Below, in pieces: positions 26,903-38,937 of a stretch of 64,000 nucleotides of DNA. The notes beneath the pieces are model-generated. The model had not been told where the DNA came from. It worked only from the letters and a program-made list of their open reading frames with translations, and did no database searches. This DNA comes from Pelomyxa schiedti (lineage: Eukaryota > Protista > Evosea). Both the position numbers and the translations under genes were made by a program. The stretch is from the NCBI GenBank assembly GCA_020536535.1, contig JAHLWZ010000829.1, forward strand, positions 32,242-96,241, read 5' to 3'. How positions within the stretch are numbered: the first letter of the stretch is position 1; every line of letters begins with the position of its first letter.

Positions 26903-27232
26903 AGCGGTTTTTTGTAATAGTGTGAATTTGTTTCGACGTACAGCCCCTTTTGCAGGCAGTTCTCAGGGCCGTAGATGTTCCGGTTCCGAATTCGTTTTTA
27001 TCCATCAACGGCTGATCATTACATCAACCAAGGGTTGTTCTTTGAACAACTTATTCCCCCCAACTTGTGTTCGTCCATATTGACGTTTTATTTGCTGTTC
27101 TTAAAATACTGGAGGAAACGCTTTTGCGTGGGTTGATGGAATGACAGTGGTGCCCTGCGTGCTATTTTTAAGGGCGCACGGGGAGGGGTTTACATATAAT
27201 TATTAAAATACAAGTAAGTAAAAAGAGTGAAA

Positions 27233-27952
27233 ATGCACTCTAGCGTATCAAGTGCGGTTGTTATCTCCCTCGTGTTATCTTCCGCTGTCAATGCTATGTA
27301 CAGGCTGGAGACGTACTATTCTGAAACAGGTTTGTATGTGCGTTTCGTATGGCTTTGATCTGATGTAATCTTACCCAGATTGTGGAGGTGACGTAGTGTA
27401 CGCATACACAGAATACGAAGACCCATGCACCTGCCCCTGGACATGTCAAGAGACAGCTGAGATTCCAGGGTACTGGGAGGACTGTGTCTGTGTTGATGAT
27501 ATCGACTTCGATGAGATCTTCCCCACACAACAGTGAGTCCACGTAACAAGATATGATCTGTCGTTTGACAGTTACAATTAGGTGGGTGGCTCTGGAACTC
27601 TTTGGGTCAACGCCCTGCACTGGTGATTATAAACAAGCCATTGGATTGCCAAACGACGTCTGCACTGAAATAACTGACGGCACATCGCGGAATTACGTTT
27701 GCAGTGGGACTGAAGTCGAGCTGTCAGAGTGCACCAGCACCGCATGCGACGAAGACTGCACAAATACCACAATGCCCGTTGATTCCTGTGTGGAAGTATC
27801 TGCTGGTGTTCACGAGCTCGCTTTATGTAGCACTAGCAGCGCTGCCTATGCTCTCCCCACTGTGCTCCTTATGTTCTTAGGCGCTTCGCTTTGGGTATGC
27901 CTTCGCTTTTTTTCTGTTTTGATGTTCAGCCAACCCTTTGTTGCAGGTATAA
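27233..27952 (+). CDS. Secreted Cys-rich, acidic, probably GPI-anchored surface protein (~190 aa)
   Basis: Signal peptide MHSSVSSAVVISLVLSSAVNA, about 12 Cys, and a C-terminal small-residue site plus hydrophobic tail (STSSAAYALPTVLLMFLGASLWV*). Three GT-AG introns give a consistent frame. AT-rich TATA-like stretch at ~27191-27208. Confidence 0.75.
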
Positions 27953-28334
27953 CTGAGCTGCCGTTGACGTTGTTTATAGCTCACTACAACAATAAAATTT
28001 TGCATTTTTGCGACTTGTTTTGTTTAGAGCACCGAAGCTACAAGGACAGGTGATTTTGATGAAACCCTTGCTCAAAAGGTACTTCGCAAACACATCCCTT
28101 TTTCTCTGTGATGGCAGTTGTTTGGGCTTTCTGTGGCTTGTTAGTTAGAGGTATTCGAGGATTCAGTGAAGAAAAAGAACCCCGTTGCTCTTCAACTTCA
28201 AAAAAATGTTTTTTTTTTTAGCTACAAAAAATGGAGTTACTTCCGCTCTGTTTCCTATGTATCATTCATTCCTTATCTTTCGTAACTCCATTGTTCCTCA
28301 CGCTTGCCCAAGAGGTTGATTGAGGATAAGGCAC

Positions 28335-31058
28335 TCAGTGACCTCCGGAGGAGCCACTCCTGGTCTTGTGGTGCCTGCTGGAATCCGACTTGGTGTGAGG
28401 CCTCTTCTCCGAGGACGCCGGGGCGTCGTCGGCCGGCTCTGGCGACTTGGTGGACGACGCTGTCTCAGTGGCCGGGCTCGAGGCTGAACTCTTGGCCTTG
28501 CCTCCCTTTGCTTTGCTCGACGACGCCGCCGCGAGCTTCTCCTGAAGGACGTGCGTCATTTCCACGTTCTCCTCCTCCAGCCTCTCGCTGAGTACGTTGA
28601 GTTGCTCGATGAAGGGAAGCGCCGATATCTTCTCAGCCAGAGCTCCGGCGGCTTCGTTTAGGACCTCTATATCGGTGGAGCTTCCATCCAAGTACTTTTG
28701 CCACCTTTGTGTGCATTTAGTTGGGGGCTACCTTGTTTCACATGCGAGGAGAGAGTTGTACCTATGAAGGTCTTCGAGGTGTTGATCCAAGTTTCTTCGC
28801 AGCACTGCCAAGCCTCTTGTGTTGACTCTAAATTGCTCCTTGTGCTCATTCAGTTGATTCTCGGTCTTCTCCTTTTGTACAGTCTCCTTCTTGAGATTTG
28901 ACTTTAATGACTCTACCTAAAAGGTATTTAGTATCCACTAGCCCCTTTGGTGGAAACGGCACCTCTGTTTCAACTTCCTGGAGATGCTCTTCCAACAAAG
29001 CTTTCTTTTCTACAAGAGATCGCGTCTTCTTTTCCTCAGTAGCGAGTTGTTCCGTCAGCACCTTTTCACCACCTTCCTTTGCTTGGACGGCTTCAGTGAG
29101 TGAAGCCACCTTGTTTTGAGCTACTATTAACTCTTCCTTGACGGCCTTGAGTTCAGCAGCGAGTTTCTTGTTTTTGGCTTGTTCAGCATCACATAACTGT
29201 TGAATGGCTTCGATCTACAAGTAAGTGTCAGTAAGGTCCTTCAAGATACAGTAGTCGTACTTGCTCAGCTAATTGATTATTCCTTTCCTCTAATGTTTGT
29301 GTTTTGGCGAGGAGATTATTTCTTTCTGCCTCCACAGCCATCAAGTTTTGCCGAAGGAGAGCTATTTCTCGTTCCTGAGTTACGAGTCAGCGAGCATCCA
29401 TTCTTAAGAGCATACCTTCTCTTCCAAGACTCGTTGCTGTGCCAGGAATTGTTCACGGAGGGCAACTAATTCCTCATGGGTTGTGTCCCATTTCTTCTTC
29501 TCCTCTTCGATTTGGATGCTTTAAAGAATTATTTACAAAGTTTGCAGACTGTGAACCAAACTTGGCCTGAGCTAAATTAGCCGTAAGGTCATAATTCATC
29601 TTCACAAGCTCATCTCTGCTCTTTTTCTCCAGTTCTCCTCTCTCTGTGACCTCATCAAGTTTATTGGCGATATCGTTCATTTGTTTTTTATTGGTTATGG
29701 CCGAGTGAAACAAGCTGGTGTAGAGAGCAAGAGCTCGATCATCAACCTAAACAATATTAGAAAATCATGGGTACAAGGTTAGCCTTACAGTTCCCTCAAG
29801 AATCTCATCAATATCCAACAGTCTTGAAATACCCATTTTTCTTTCTGCATGAGTCATTACAAATTCCAACACGTCGCGGGTGTCCATCTGAGAAAGGATT
29901 ACACGGCAAAGCTCAACCAAGTGATTAGTGTACAGCTAAAAGTTCCTCCCAGGTGTGTCCCAAAATATCTGGGTCATAATGGTGGCACAAGGCAGCAAAA
30001 GCGAGACCGTTTGAGAAGCTAACATAATCTCAGCAAAAGGGAATATAAAATAGGTAACAGCAAACCTGGTCCTGTAGTTGGTGATAGTAACTCCCGCGTA
30101 ACTGTAAGTTTGGTGAGAAGGACAAACGCCTGTGAAAACATAAGACAAAGGAATTACCCAGCTGTTTGAGTCTTGACCCATTCCAACAGCATCTCCTCAG
30201 GACCTTAGGGCACAAGTAAGAGTTCATGAACCATCCACATAGACACGGATGCAAACCTGCTTTACCACTTCCAGTCCTTGTTGTAGAGGTAACAACTACA
30301 TTCATTCGGAAACGGCGATAAAGAGTCCACAAAAGACCCAGAATGTTTCTCAAATCCTTATGAGCATCAACAATGTCTATAAGTAACGGTAAGTTTAAAA
30401 CAAATGAGACTACAAAAACGCCCAATGACAAGAGCAAAAACGGCACGCTGGAAAGCATAAAAGCAACTCTAACACCAACAAGAACAAAAGGGAAAATAAA
30501 CTGTACTTTCAGCAGCATATCCACATTGTGCAGTATTAATCCCGGTCTCCCTCTCCAAGTGACGGAGAGCCAAATGGCAGTTTGTTACTTTTTGAATCCT
30601 TGTTTTTGGGCTGCTATCATAGCGCTCACGCATTTTACTTCCTGTGAGAAGCTCAAAGAAGTTGATGATGAGGATTCCGTCCTCGAGGTCAGTTCGTAAG
30701 TCGGTCACTGTCATTTGACGTTTTGCAAGAGTTTGAGCCATCCATCCAGTGAAGGCCTGTTTTAATTACGGGATTGAGAATGTACGACAATGAAATATGT
30801 TTAAGGCAATGTAACCTTCTCTTGGATGATTTGCCACTACATAGAGTTAGAATGAGTGAATTCTTTGGTGTTAAGAGGTAACCTTCTCCTCTTTTCTCGT
30901 TTTAGTTGTCGTAGTTGCCTAAAGTGAGGAAACCAGAAAAGAAGAAAATTAAAAAAGTGAAAACAACCAAAGAGCCAAGAAAAAAATAATTACAAACTAG
31001 CTCGAACAGAAAGCAACAAAAAAAAGTGTCTTGAATGAATGAAAGGAAAGGTCACCAT
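28335..31058 (-). CDS. ctx: Cortexillin (2 CH domains + coiled coil actin cross-linker)
   Basis: WQIIQEKAFTGW..DLEDGILIINFFELL, ILGLLWTLYRRFR, coiled coil, and GLAVLRRNLDQHLEDLH.WQK..ISALPFIEQLNVLSERLEEEN match the cortexillin layout. First coding exon is ATG only (31058-31056). Confidence 0.9.
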
Positions 31059-31549
31059 CAATTACGGCTGGGGCTTTGTTCTTCTCTTGGTTTTTTTTGT
31101 TTTTTTGTCTTGTTTTCGTTTGTTTTTTGTTTTTCTCGCGAAAAGCAAATTTCTTTTTCTGGGTCGGTGCCCGGGGTAGTGTGAAAGGAAAAAAGTTACC
31201 ATAAAAAGTGTTGGATTTTTATGAACTCAATCACCGGCCACACCCAGCCACAGCCACACAACCCAACGTTTGAAGTCCCACAGCCGTCTCTTAGTAGTTA
31301 AAGCTCACCCGGATGAGCCAATTCAGGTCAGGGAACCATCTGTTCCCCGTACCCTGCTTCCGCTATGTTCGTGGTGCTACGCAGATAGTTGTGTCTTTCG
31401 GCTGCCTCTTCGCTCGAGTTACTTTCTTGGGCAAGACCTCATAAACGTGTAAAGAAAGGCGAAAGTTAAAAAGCTGAAACAAAAATCAACAGCCGGCCGT
31501 GGTTTTGGTGCTGCTGCGTAGTTACACACCGTCGGTGGTCCTTGGACTA

Positions 31550-33782
31550 AATGGCAGCCTCATCAGGATCTCTTCCCAACTTGGACGTGGGCTACGTTCT
31601 ACACACTGCCCTGCGCCTCGAGCTCGAGAAACTTCAGCAGTACACTGACGAGCTGCAGGAAAAACAGAGGAAGTACCAGGCCAAGTTGGCTCTCCTCACT
31701 GCACACCAACTCCAAGTTGCTCCTGTTCTTTCATTTTCCTCAATGCCCGTTTCTTTACGTGTCGTTTCGTATTGATTTTTATTTTTTCTTCTCAACAAAA
31801 AGAACCAAGCGACGATATCCGAGGGCTCTAGTGCTTTGAAGAAACTTTGTGAAGAAAGGGACCCTGATGCAGGGTTTGATTTTTACTGCAGAGACCTCCC
31901 TCATGTACTTTTCTCCAGCTTTACAATAAGGCAATTAATTCACTTTATTAATACTTTACTATCTAAGGTACCAGTGAAAGCTGTGCCGGACAATCTTAAC
32001 CCTTTGTTGGTAGTTGAAGGTCCCAGTGATAAAACTGAGTGGAATGGTGTTGTTTGTGCAGGAACCATTTCTACTTACCCTCGACTGTCTCCCACGGAAA
32101 AAGTAGGTGCTACATTTTTGATGAGATCCCACTCACCCAATCCCACACAGGTCGGGGATCCAATCTGCGATACCTTTGCTTTTCAAATGTTTGAAGGGCG
32201 TAGAATTGCTGTTGGTATGGTATACCTTCCTTCTCTCGTGTTTAAAATATATCTCAGCTATTGCCGATGGGTGCAATTGGGGTCCCAGTGTACGGGATGC
32301 AGCAGCAGCAGCTACAAATAAATTTGTGCAATCTCTGGTTGAACATCAAAGGTTCCAAATTTCTTGTCTCCTTTCTGCCTATTCACTGCCTCTTAGTGAA
32401 GTCGAAACAATAAGGGATGCAGGGCCAATACTTCTACGTTCAATTGCCAAAGCGCACAATGCTATCATATCCAGGCAGGGAGTTCGAATTTATGGCACAA
32501 CAACTCTCCTTGGAGGATACATTTTGCCATTGGAAAATCGCAAACCGACATATGTTGACTTCCCAAAACTTACCTCTTGCTCAAATTACTAGGAAAAAAA
32601 GACAACAAAAGGAAGGAAGAAAAATTCTTCTTCTGATGAAGGATCGGCATTAACACCAGGTGGTTAAATCTCCAAGTCTTGTCCCAACTCACTTGTGACA
32701 GAGCCCCCACAACAATTTGGCTGTACTATAATTAGCGTTGGTGATTGTAAAGTATTTAGGTGGTCTGCAAGAACTCACCGCTTTATTGACGTCACGTAGG
32801 CTGTCTCAGTTAAGTTTTGTACTGAACACGTTATGTTAGAAAGGACAACCTCAGGAATGCAGCTTCAATTGATACTGCAGACCCAGGAGGGAGGCTTGGA
32901 CCATTTGTTGATGACTCTCAACCAGACTTACGGAATATGTACATGCATTACACGGAATGTGACCATAACGACCTTATTCTCTTTCTGAGGTTCTTCTTTC
33001 GTTCTTATGTTTTCGTAACACAACCCAGTGATGGCGTCCACTGCAACCTCTCTCCCGAATTCCTTGGCGTTGGACCTGGTGTTCTCTGTGATCAATTTCA
33101 TTCAATGTCTTGGGATGAGGCTGTTCAAGCAAATAAAAAATTGGCCCTGGAGCTTAGAGAGACATTCATGTCAGTGGCCCTTGATTTATTTTGTTATTCT
33201 GAAGTATTTAGGGCCTCGAAATTGGAAGACATTATCTTTTCTTCCAGAGCTTCTGACCCTGCATTCTTGCATGACAGCATGCTTTCTGTAGATATCACCC
33301 CCCCTTTTGTGAATGAAACCATCCTCAATTACTGCAACGAAATCACAGCCCCCAGCAGGTAAAACGAATCTACTTCCGCGAGCACCATCGCCAACCCTCA
33401 CAAAATAAACAGAGCGTTCATGGAAGAGCACCCAATGCAAAAGCAACCTATAGATTACCGCCGGTACCCCGGGAAAATGGACCACGCCACATGTGTAACC
33501 ATCCGCATTAACACATCCAGCGAAGCTGTAGTAACAGAAATTCCACAACCAAACCCACGCTGCACAACACCCAGTAGCACAAGCAGCAGCAGCAACAATC
33601 ACACGGCCTCACGCAGCACAACCCCGGGCTCTGCTACTGCCTCTGCAACAAGGTCCTCAACTCCATCACCAACATCAACAACAGCCACGGCACTATCCAA
33701 TATCAGGCCCTCCACTCCCTCTGAGGATGTTTCCACCAGGGGGACCTCTTCCCCCTCCCCATCCCACAGAAAAAGGCACTGA
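31550..33782 (+). CDS. PP2C/PPM-like phosphatase-domain protein with N-terminal coiled coil
   Basis: GDPICD, IADGCNWG, GTTTLLGG, SVGDCKVF, DPGGRLGP..PDLRN, SDGVHCNLSPEFLG and YPGKMDHATCV motifs. Ser/Thr-rich tail. Confidence 0.75.
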
Positions 33783-33933
33783 AACAAACACCCAACCAAC
33801 AAACACAAACAACCTTGTGCTCAATTGTTGTAGGTAAAACAAAACATTCGCCAAACACGGAAACATCTCGAATCCCCCAAAAAAGAAAAAAAAAAAAAAG
33901 AACCCAGCGGACCGATCGCCGTGCCCTGCGCAA

Positions 33934-34946
33934 ATGTGCTGCCGAGTTTGTTGTGGACTTGGGGACGACGCCCTGGTGAGGGACTTTGAGGAGTGGGTGA
34001 GGGGAGACGGAGCCGCGGCGGCGGAGACGAAGCCGCGGGGGGGAGGAGGGGGAGGCGGCAAGGGGCCGCAGGCGTGGCCCGTGTTCCGCTTCGTGTGGGG
34101 CGACGAGAACCTGGTCAGGGTGCCCACGGAGCCAGGGACCCCCGAGGACGTCGCCTTCCTGCTGGCCCACTCTGGCGGCGGTGGCGGGGGCGCCGCCGAG
34201 GCCTCCGGCGGGGGTCGCGGGACCACCCAGCAGCGGCGCAGGGGGGCCGGCGGCGGCGGGGGCGAGGAGCCCCAGCAGGCCGCGGCGGCGGTGCCCCCAA
34301 ACGCGCGCGGGGCCGTGAGTTTGCTGAGGACGTTCCAGGGTGGACTGTATCCGACTTTATTGAAGATTGTCGCCCCGGTTCTGTGCCCAAAGGTGTGGTG
34401 TGTTGGGTGTAATTGTGGGTGGATAATTCTGGTGGGGACTTGATCTGAACTTCTGTCTTCATTTAGTTATGCTAAGTATTTGAACTAGGGTTGCTGCTGT
34501 CTGTGTGCATTTAAAGTCAGGTACTTTGACCCTGAGGCAATGCTCAATAACTGGAGGACCCTGGTGTGCAAATCAATTGGGGTTTTCCTTACACGAAGAC
34601 TCAACTCTTCTGTTGCATTCTCTTCTGAATCGTGCACTGAGCCAGCAGCATCCAAGAACAGCCGGTCTCCACTCCACGCGTTGCCTGCAGAAGTACTCAA
34701 ACTGATAATTCTGATGCTAAGGCCTGTAATTCCAAAAGAACCTCCAGTGGAAGTACTATTGCTCCCACTTGTTAGTCCTACAGCACTAGTATCTCCCATA
34801 TTCCTAACTAATAATAACACCACTGTAACCCTACTTAATTTAAAACCAAAAAGGCCCACAAGGGGTTATACCATAACATACAAAAGCCTGTTGCCAAAAT
34901 ACTGCACTTGCAGACTGAACTGCGAAAGCAATCACAGAGTAACTAA
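33934..34946 (+). CDS. Hypothetical protein with possible F-box-like motif
   Basis: GC-rich exon 1 spliced in frame to GCCCLCAFKVRYFDPEAMLNNW..SPLHALPAEVLKLIILML and to a final exon ..ELRKQSQSN*. Confidence 0.55.
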
Positions 34947-35182
34947 TACCTGCCTTGCGAGAAAATAGCATGAGACACTATTCCTACGTGATAGCTGAAC
35001 GACCACGCCGTGCGTTTTTTGCTTTCTTATCATTTTTCTCACTCGAATTACTAATCAGTAAGCGAAAATTTTTACCTGAAAGTCGCTTCAACCCACTTGA
35101 ATAAAATAAAAAAGAAAAACAAGTTCCAGTGTTGAGGGAGGTTGCTTTTTTATTTCATTCAGGAACCCACGAGTGTTATCGT

Positions 35183-36002
35183 ATGGGTGATTGGTGGGAT
35201 GTCATGTTGAGGGATGCATTCACACCAATGCATGAGGTTTTTTTCCCTAAACACAGTTGTTGGTTGTTGTCCCCAGTGGGGGAGGGGAAAAAGAAGAAAC
35301 CGTTCTGAGTTGCTTTCCTTTTTCATGTAGGTACTAGAAGGACTGTGGTTGGGAAGTATGGATGCGGCAAGGGACTACAACAAACTGAAGGCTCGTGGAA
35401 TAACCCACGTGTTGCAAGTCGCAGCCGAATTAAAGCCTTTGTTTCCTTCTGTTTGTACTTTACCCTATTCGCCATTTCGGCTCAGCACTCACTTGCCTTT
35501 TTTCCGGCAAATAACAGTGGCTCAAGTACCACATTATTCCCATTGACGATGATATAGAGTTAGCTCACAATTCTTTTGAACCGACCATAATCAAACACTA
35601 GGACAGACCTGGAGCGTCACTTCCCTGCAGCTTTCAACTTCATAAATGAAGGAAGAGCCAGTGGTGGCGTTCTTGTCCACTGGTATTTCTATTCTTTCTC
35701 GCTCCCCCATTTCTGAGTGAAGTTCTAACATCACTTTCATATCACCAAATTCCTGATGCTGCAGTGCTGCCGGAATTTCCCGCAGTGCAACAGTGGTTGT
35801 AATGTATTGCATGCACTCACTCCATCTTAACGTGGAAGAGGCTGTGACATATGTAAAAAGTAAGAGGAGTGTGATTTCCCCCAACGTGGGATTCCTGGCA
35901 CAGCTTCAGATGCACTACACTGACTGCCTAAAGCCACACCACGCCGACCAACTCCAATACAAAATCCTCTACTATTCCATACTCCCCACTCGCATTCCAT
36001 AG
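35183..36002 (+). CDS. Atypical dual-specificity phosphatase
   Basis: LWLGSMDAA..GITHVL, IPIDD, GVLVHCAAGISRSATVV, ISPNVGFLAQL. Confidence 0.9.
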
Positions 36003-36159
36003 AATTCCACCAACCTGGGAAAAAAAAAACAAGTGCCACACTATTCACACAGTGCGTGATGGTACTGTACCCGCGAACCAGGGATTCTGGAGAGGATCTG
36101 ATAGGCCTTGCGAAACAATAGTGGCATCTCGGCGTACACGAAACATCAAGTGAATCGAG

Positions 36160-38818
36160 ATGATGAGCGGGGGCGTCGGTTCGGGCGTGGGGGTGGAAAG
36201 GGGTGGCGACTCGCAGTTGCTTCTAGGCGGCGTCGGGGGTCGCGCGGCCTCGTGCGCCTCGGTGTCCCTGGTGACCCCGCACCCGATGAACGTCGTGCTG
36301 AGGTTCCCAGTTGGCCGCAAGTTGGCAATGGCTAATGTGCACCTACCACAGGTTGGTTTGGAGTTTGTTGTTGTTTGTTGTTTGTTTGTTGTTTGTTGTT
36401 TGTTGTTTGTTGTTTGTTGGAGAATACATATACAATTAGGAGGCAGAGGCTTGTGCTACACTCCATAAGATGTTTGGTGATGAGGACATTCCTGGTAACC
36501 TTTGTCAGTTGTTGTTAGAATATCTCTCATATTTAATTCGAAGTTTATTTGGAGGAACCAATCACCAGTGCTGTACAGGCACTTTTTGAGGAAGAAGAAA
36601 AACGAGTTATCCAAGAAAAGGTTCTATCTTCTTGTGTGTACTTTTATGTTGTGGGATTCCCCTTACTTTTTTTTTTAGTATTAGATCCTAATAACTGCTT
36701 TGCACAAATCCAAGAATGGTGTACTGCCTATGAAAATGAGAACCACACCTGGTTTCTTCAAGCACATCAATCTGTATAGTACCTTTTTTCTCCATTGAAA
36801 TCTCATTCACATAGGAAAACTCACACCCAAGTGCCCAGGTTGAATTTTTCCTTTTCTTATAAAAAAAAAAAAAAGCTGAACCTCTTCAACCCATAGCAAT
36901 TTTCGGAAGCATCTTATTCTACATTTTTGTATGTGGCCTCTGATGCTTCAACCCTAAATGCTATCATTGTCTTGGAAGACAATTACTGGTTAAAAAACTT
37001 TCCTACTGTAGCAATTTTATGATTTTGAACACAGTTTGGAACTTTCTGTGTTGCGAGACAATAGAAAAGTGGCCATTGAAGGGATGCAAAAAAGGTAATG
37101 TTCTCTTCACTCAGGTCTGAATGTTTAGTACACCACAAATCGCCCCTACAACATTAGTGTAGCCAACGTATGCACTATTCAATAACAGACAACTGACAGA
37201 GATGGAGGCAGCTGTCGCAGGAAGGCAGCATATGTTAATGCAATCCAATAAGAATGTTCCTGACACAATTCCCTTGGTGGTTGCACGGCATGTGAGAGAA
37301 GTTGAAGGTATTTTAAATTATCTTTTATTTTGAATTAATCCACTAGACTAGAGGCTGAAAACGAATGGACAAGAAAGGTAGAAGCCAATTACATTGTATT
37401 TGAAAGACGAGAATAAAACCCTTGTGTACAGGAAGAATCACTTCTTTCTCGGCGCCGTGTTGAATACTGGTTGAATTTTACCCCTTCACTACCTCAATTT
37501 AACCGAGGTTACAGGGAAATGGTTGCCGATTTGTATAAAAAATCTCATGCAAGAGCTCCTTCGGGGGAAACAGTATGTAAGCCGAGTTCATATTTAAAGT
37601 AACACCTGGCAGGTACAGGATACCCCCAAATCTGCATCCACTCTCAGACGTTTTCAAAAATCGTGAGTATTCACTCATCTAATCACCAACGGGTTAAAAA
37701 TAAACAGACCATCCCCAGATGTACCACCTGACTGCAAACCTTTATTACACTCATACAATATGTTTATCGGTCAACAACAATTCAAAGTATGAAGTCTTCT
37801 GTATTCACTACTTTAGCTCACCCCAAGTTAGGTGTGTTACACATTTCGACTCCTTGTGGGATCAGTGGCAGAGCTGCTTACTTCACAGTGGTCATGCAGC
37901 CGTCATCGCCCATCAGCAAGAAGCTCAGATACAACTATAATTACTACATCCCCCATGTCTTCTCTTGGTGATCCCCAGAGAAGACGTGAAAACACTCTCC
38001 GCAGCCTTTATTCTTCTTCACTCACTGCTGCTTTGATACCTGCTAGTTCACTAGTGACTCGCTTATCACCTCTTCAAGAAGGTATAAACCAACAGTATTT
38101 CACTGTTCTAATAATTTCCAGTGGTTGTAAAGCAATGCTCACTTGCACATGAATTCCACTTCGAGTCTGTTCAACTCCAACTGCAACGGGTTGCCCGGGA
38201 TATGTCTGTACCATTAACAAGGCAAGTCACCACAGAGGAAGCCACACCAAACACCGGTTCATCCAACTCCACTTCACCACCATCTGCACCAGCCTTCCAC
38301 CACTTGCCGGCAAATTCCACACCAAACCCACCACGACTCAGGCCCGGTGATTTCTTTGTTACAAGGCACTCCAACCTTCTTGACGTGCATCTAGTTTTTC
38401 ATCTGCATGTTGGAAACAGTACCCGCTCTCGGCCTCTTTCTTTTTATTCAAACTAACTCAAGTTTCTTACTGCAAAACTAGTTACAGAATGGGGAGTGAG
38501 TTCTGTGAACGAAGAGGAGGGACCACTTTCATGGCTATCTAGCATCATTGGTGCCTGTGGAAACTATGACGTGTCACATTTAATTCTTCCGGTCTTTTTC
38601 TGTGAACCACCGCAGGACACACCAGACTCAGTCCTTATCAAACAGGTATAGATTTCTATTATTGCAGATTGGATACTTACCATCCCCAGGTTGAAGCTGT
38701 AATAAGACATGTAAAAGGCGTTCTAGCAAGCACCACTATGAATGTAAAGAGTGTTACTTTTGTCCTCTCTGAAAGATTCACACCCCAAATGATGCAAAGC
38801 CTATCACACATTTTCTAA
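36160..38818 (+). CDS. FERRY3: FERRY3 / C12orf4 (DUF2362) homolog
   Basis: Colinear matches to remembered human C12orf4: AIIVLEDNY, LENEW-like segment, YREMVADLY, SLYSSSL, CSLAHEFHFESVQLQL, PGDFFVTRHSNLLDVHLVFHL, VKGVL. Confidence 0.85.
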
Positions 38819-38937
38819 GCCTGATGGTAGACAAAAAAAGTGTTTTTCGCACGTTTTGAGAGTCCATCCTTCTTGGATTTTTCGTGAAAGTAAATCTCAG
38901 AGACCCGAAAGCAAATTTCATTGAATAAGTAACAGGG

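Noticed and set aside
10432-31058. Cluster of cytoskeletal genes (ANK-actin, myosin RLC, cortexillin)
   Set aside because: Unrelated genes are interspersed and orientations are mixed. Cytoskeletal genes are common in amoebae, so chance is sufficient.
36361-36420. (TTG/TTTG)n simple repeat
   Set aside because: Ordinary intronic microsatellite.
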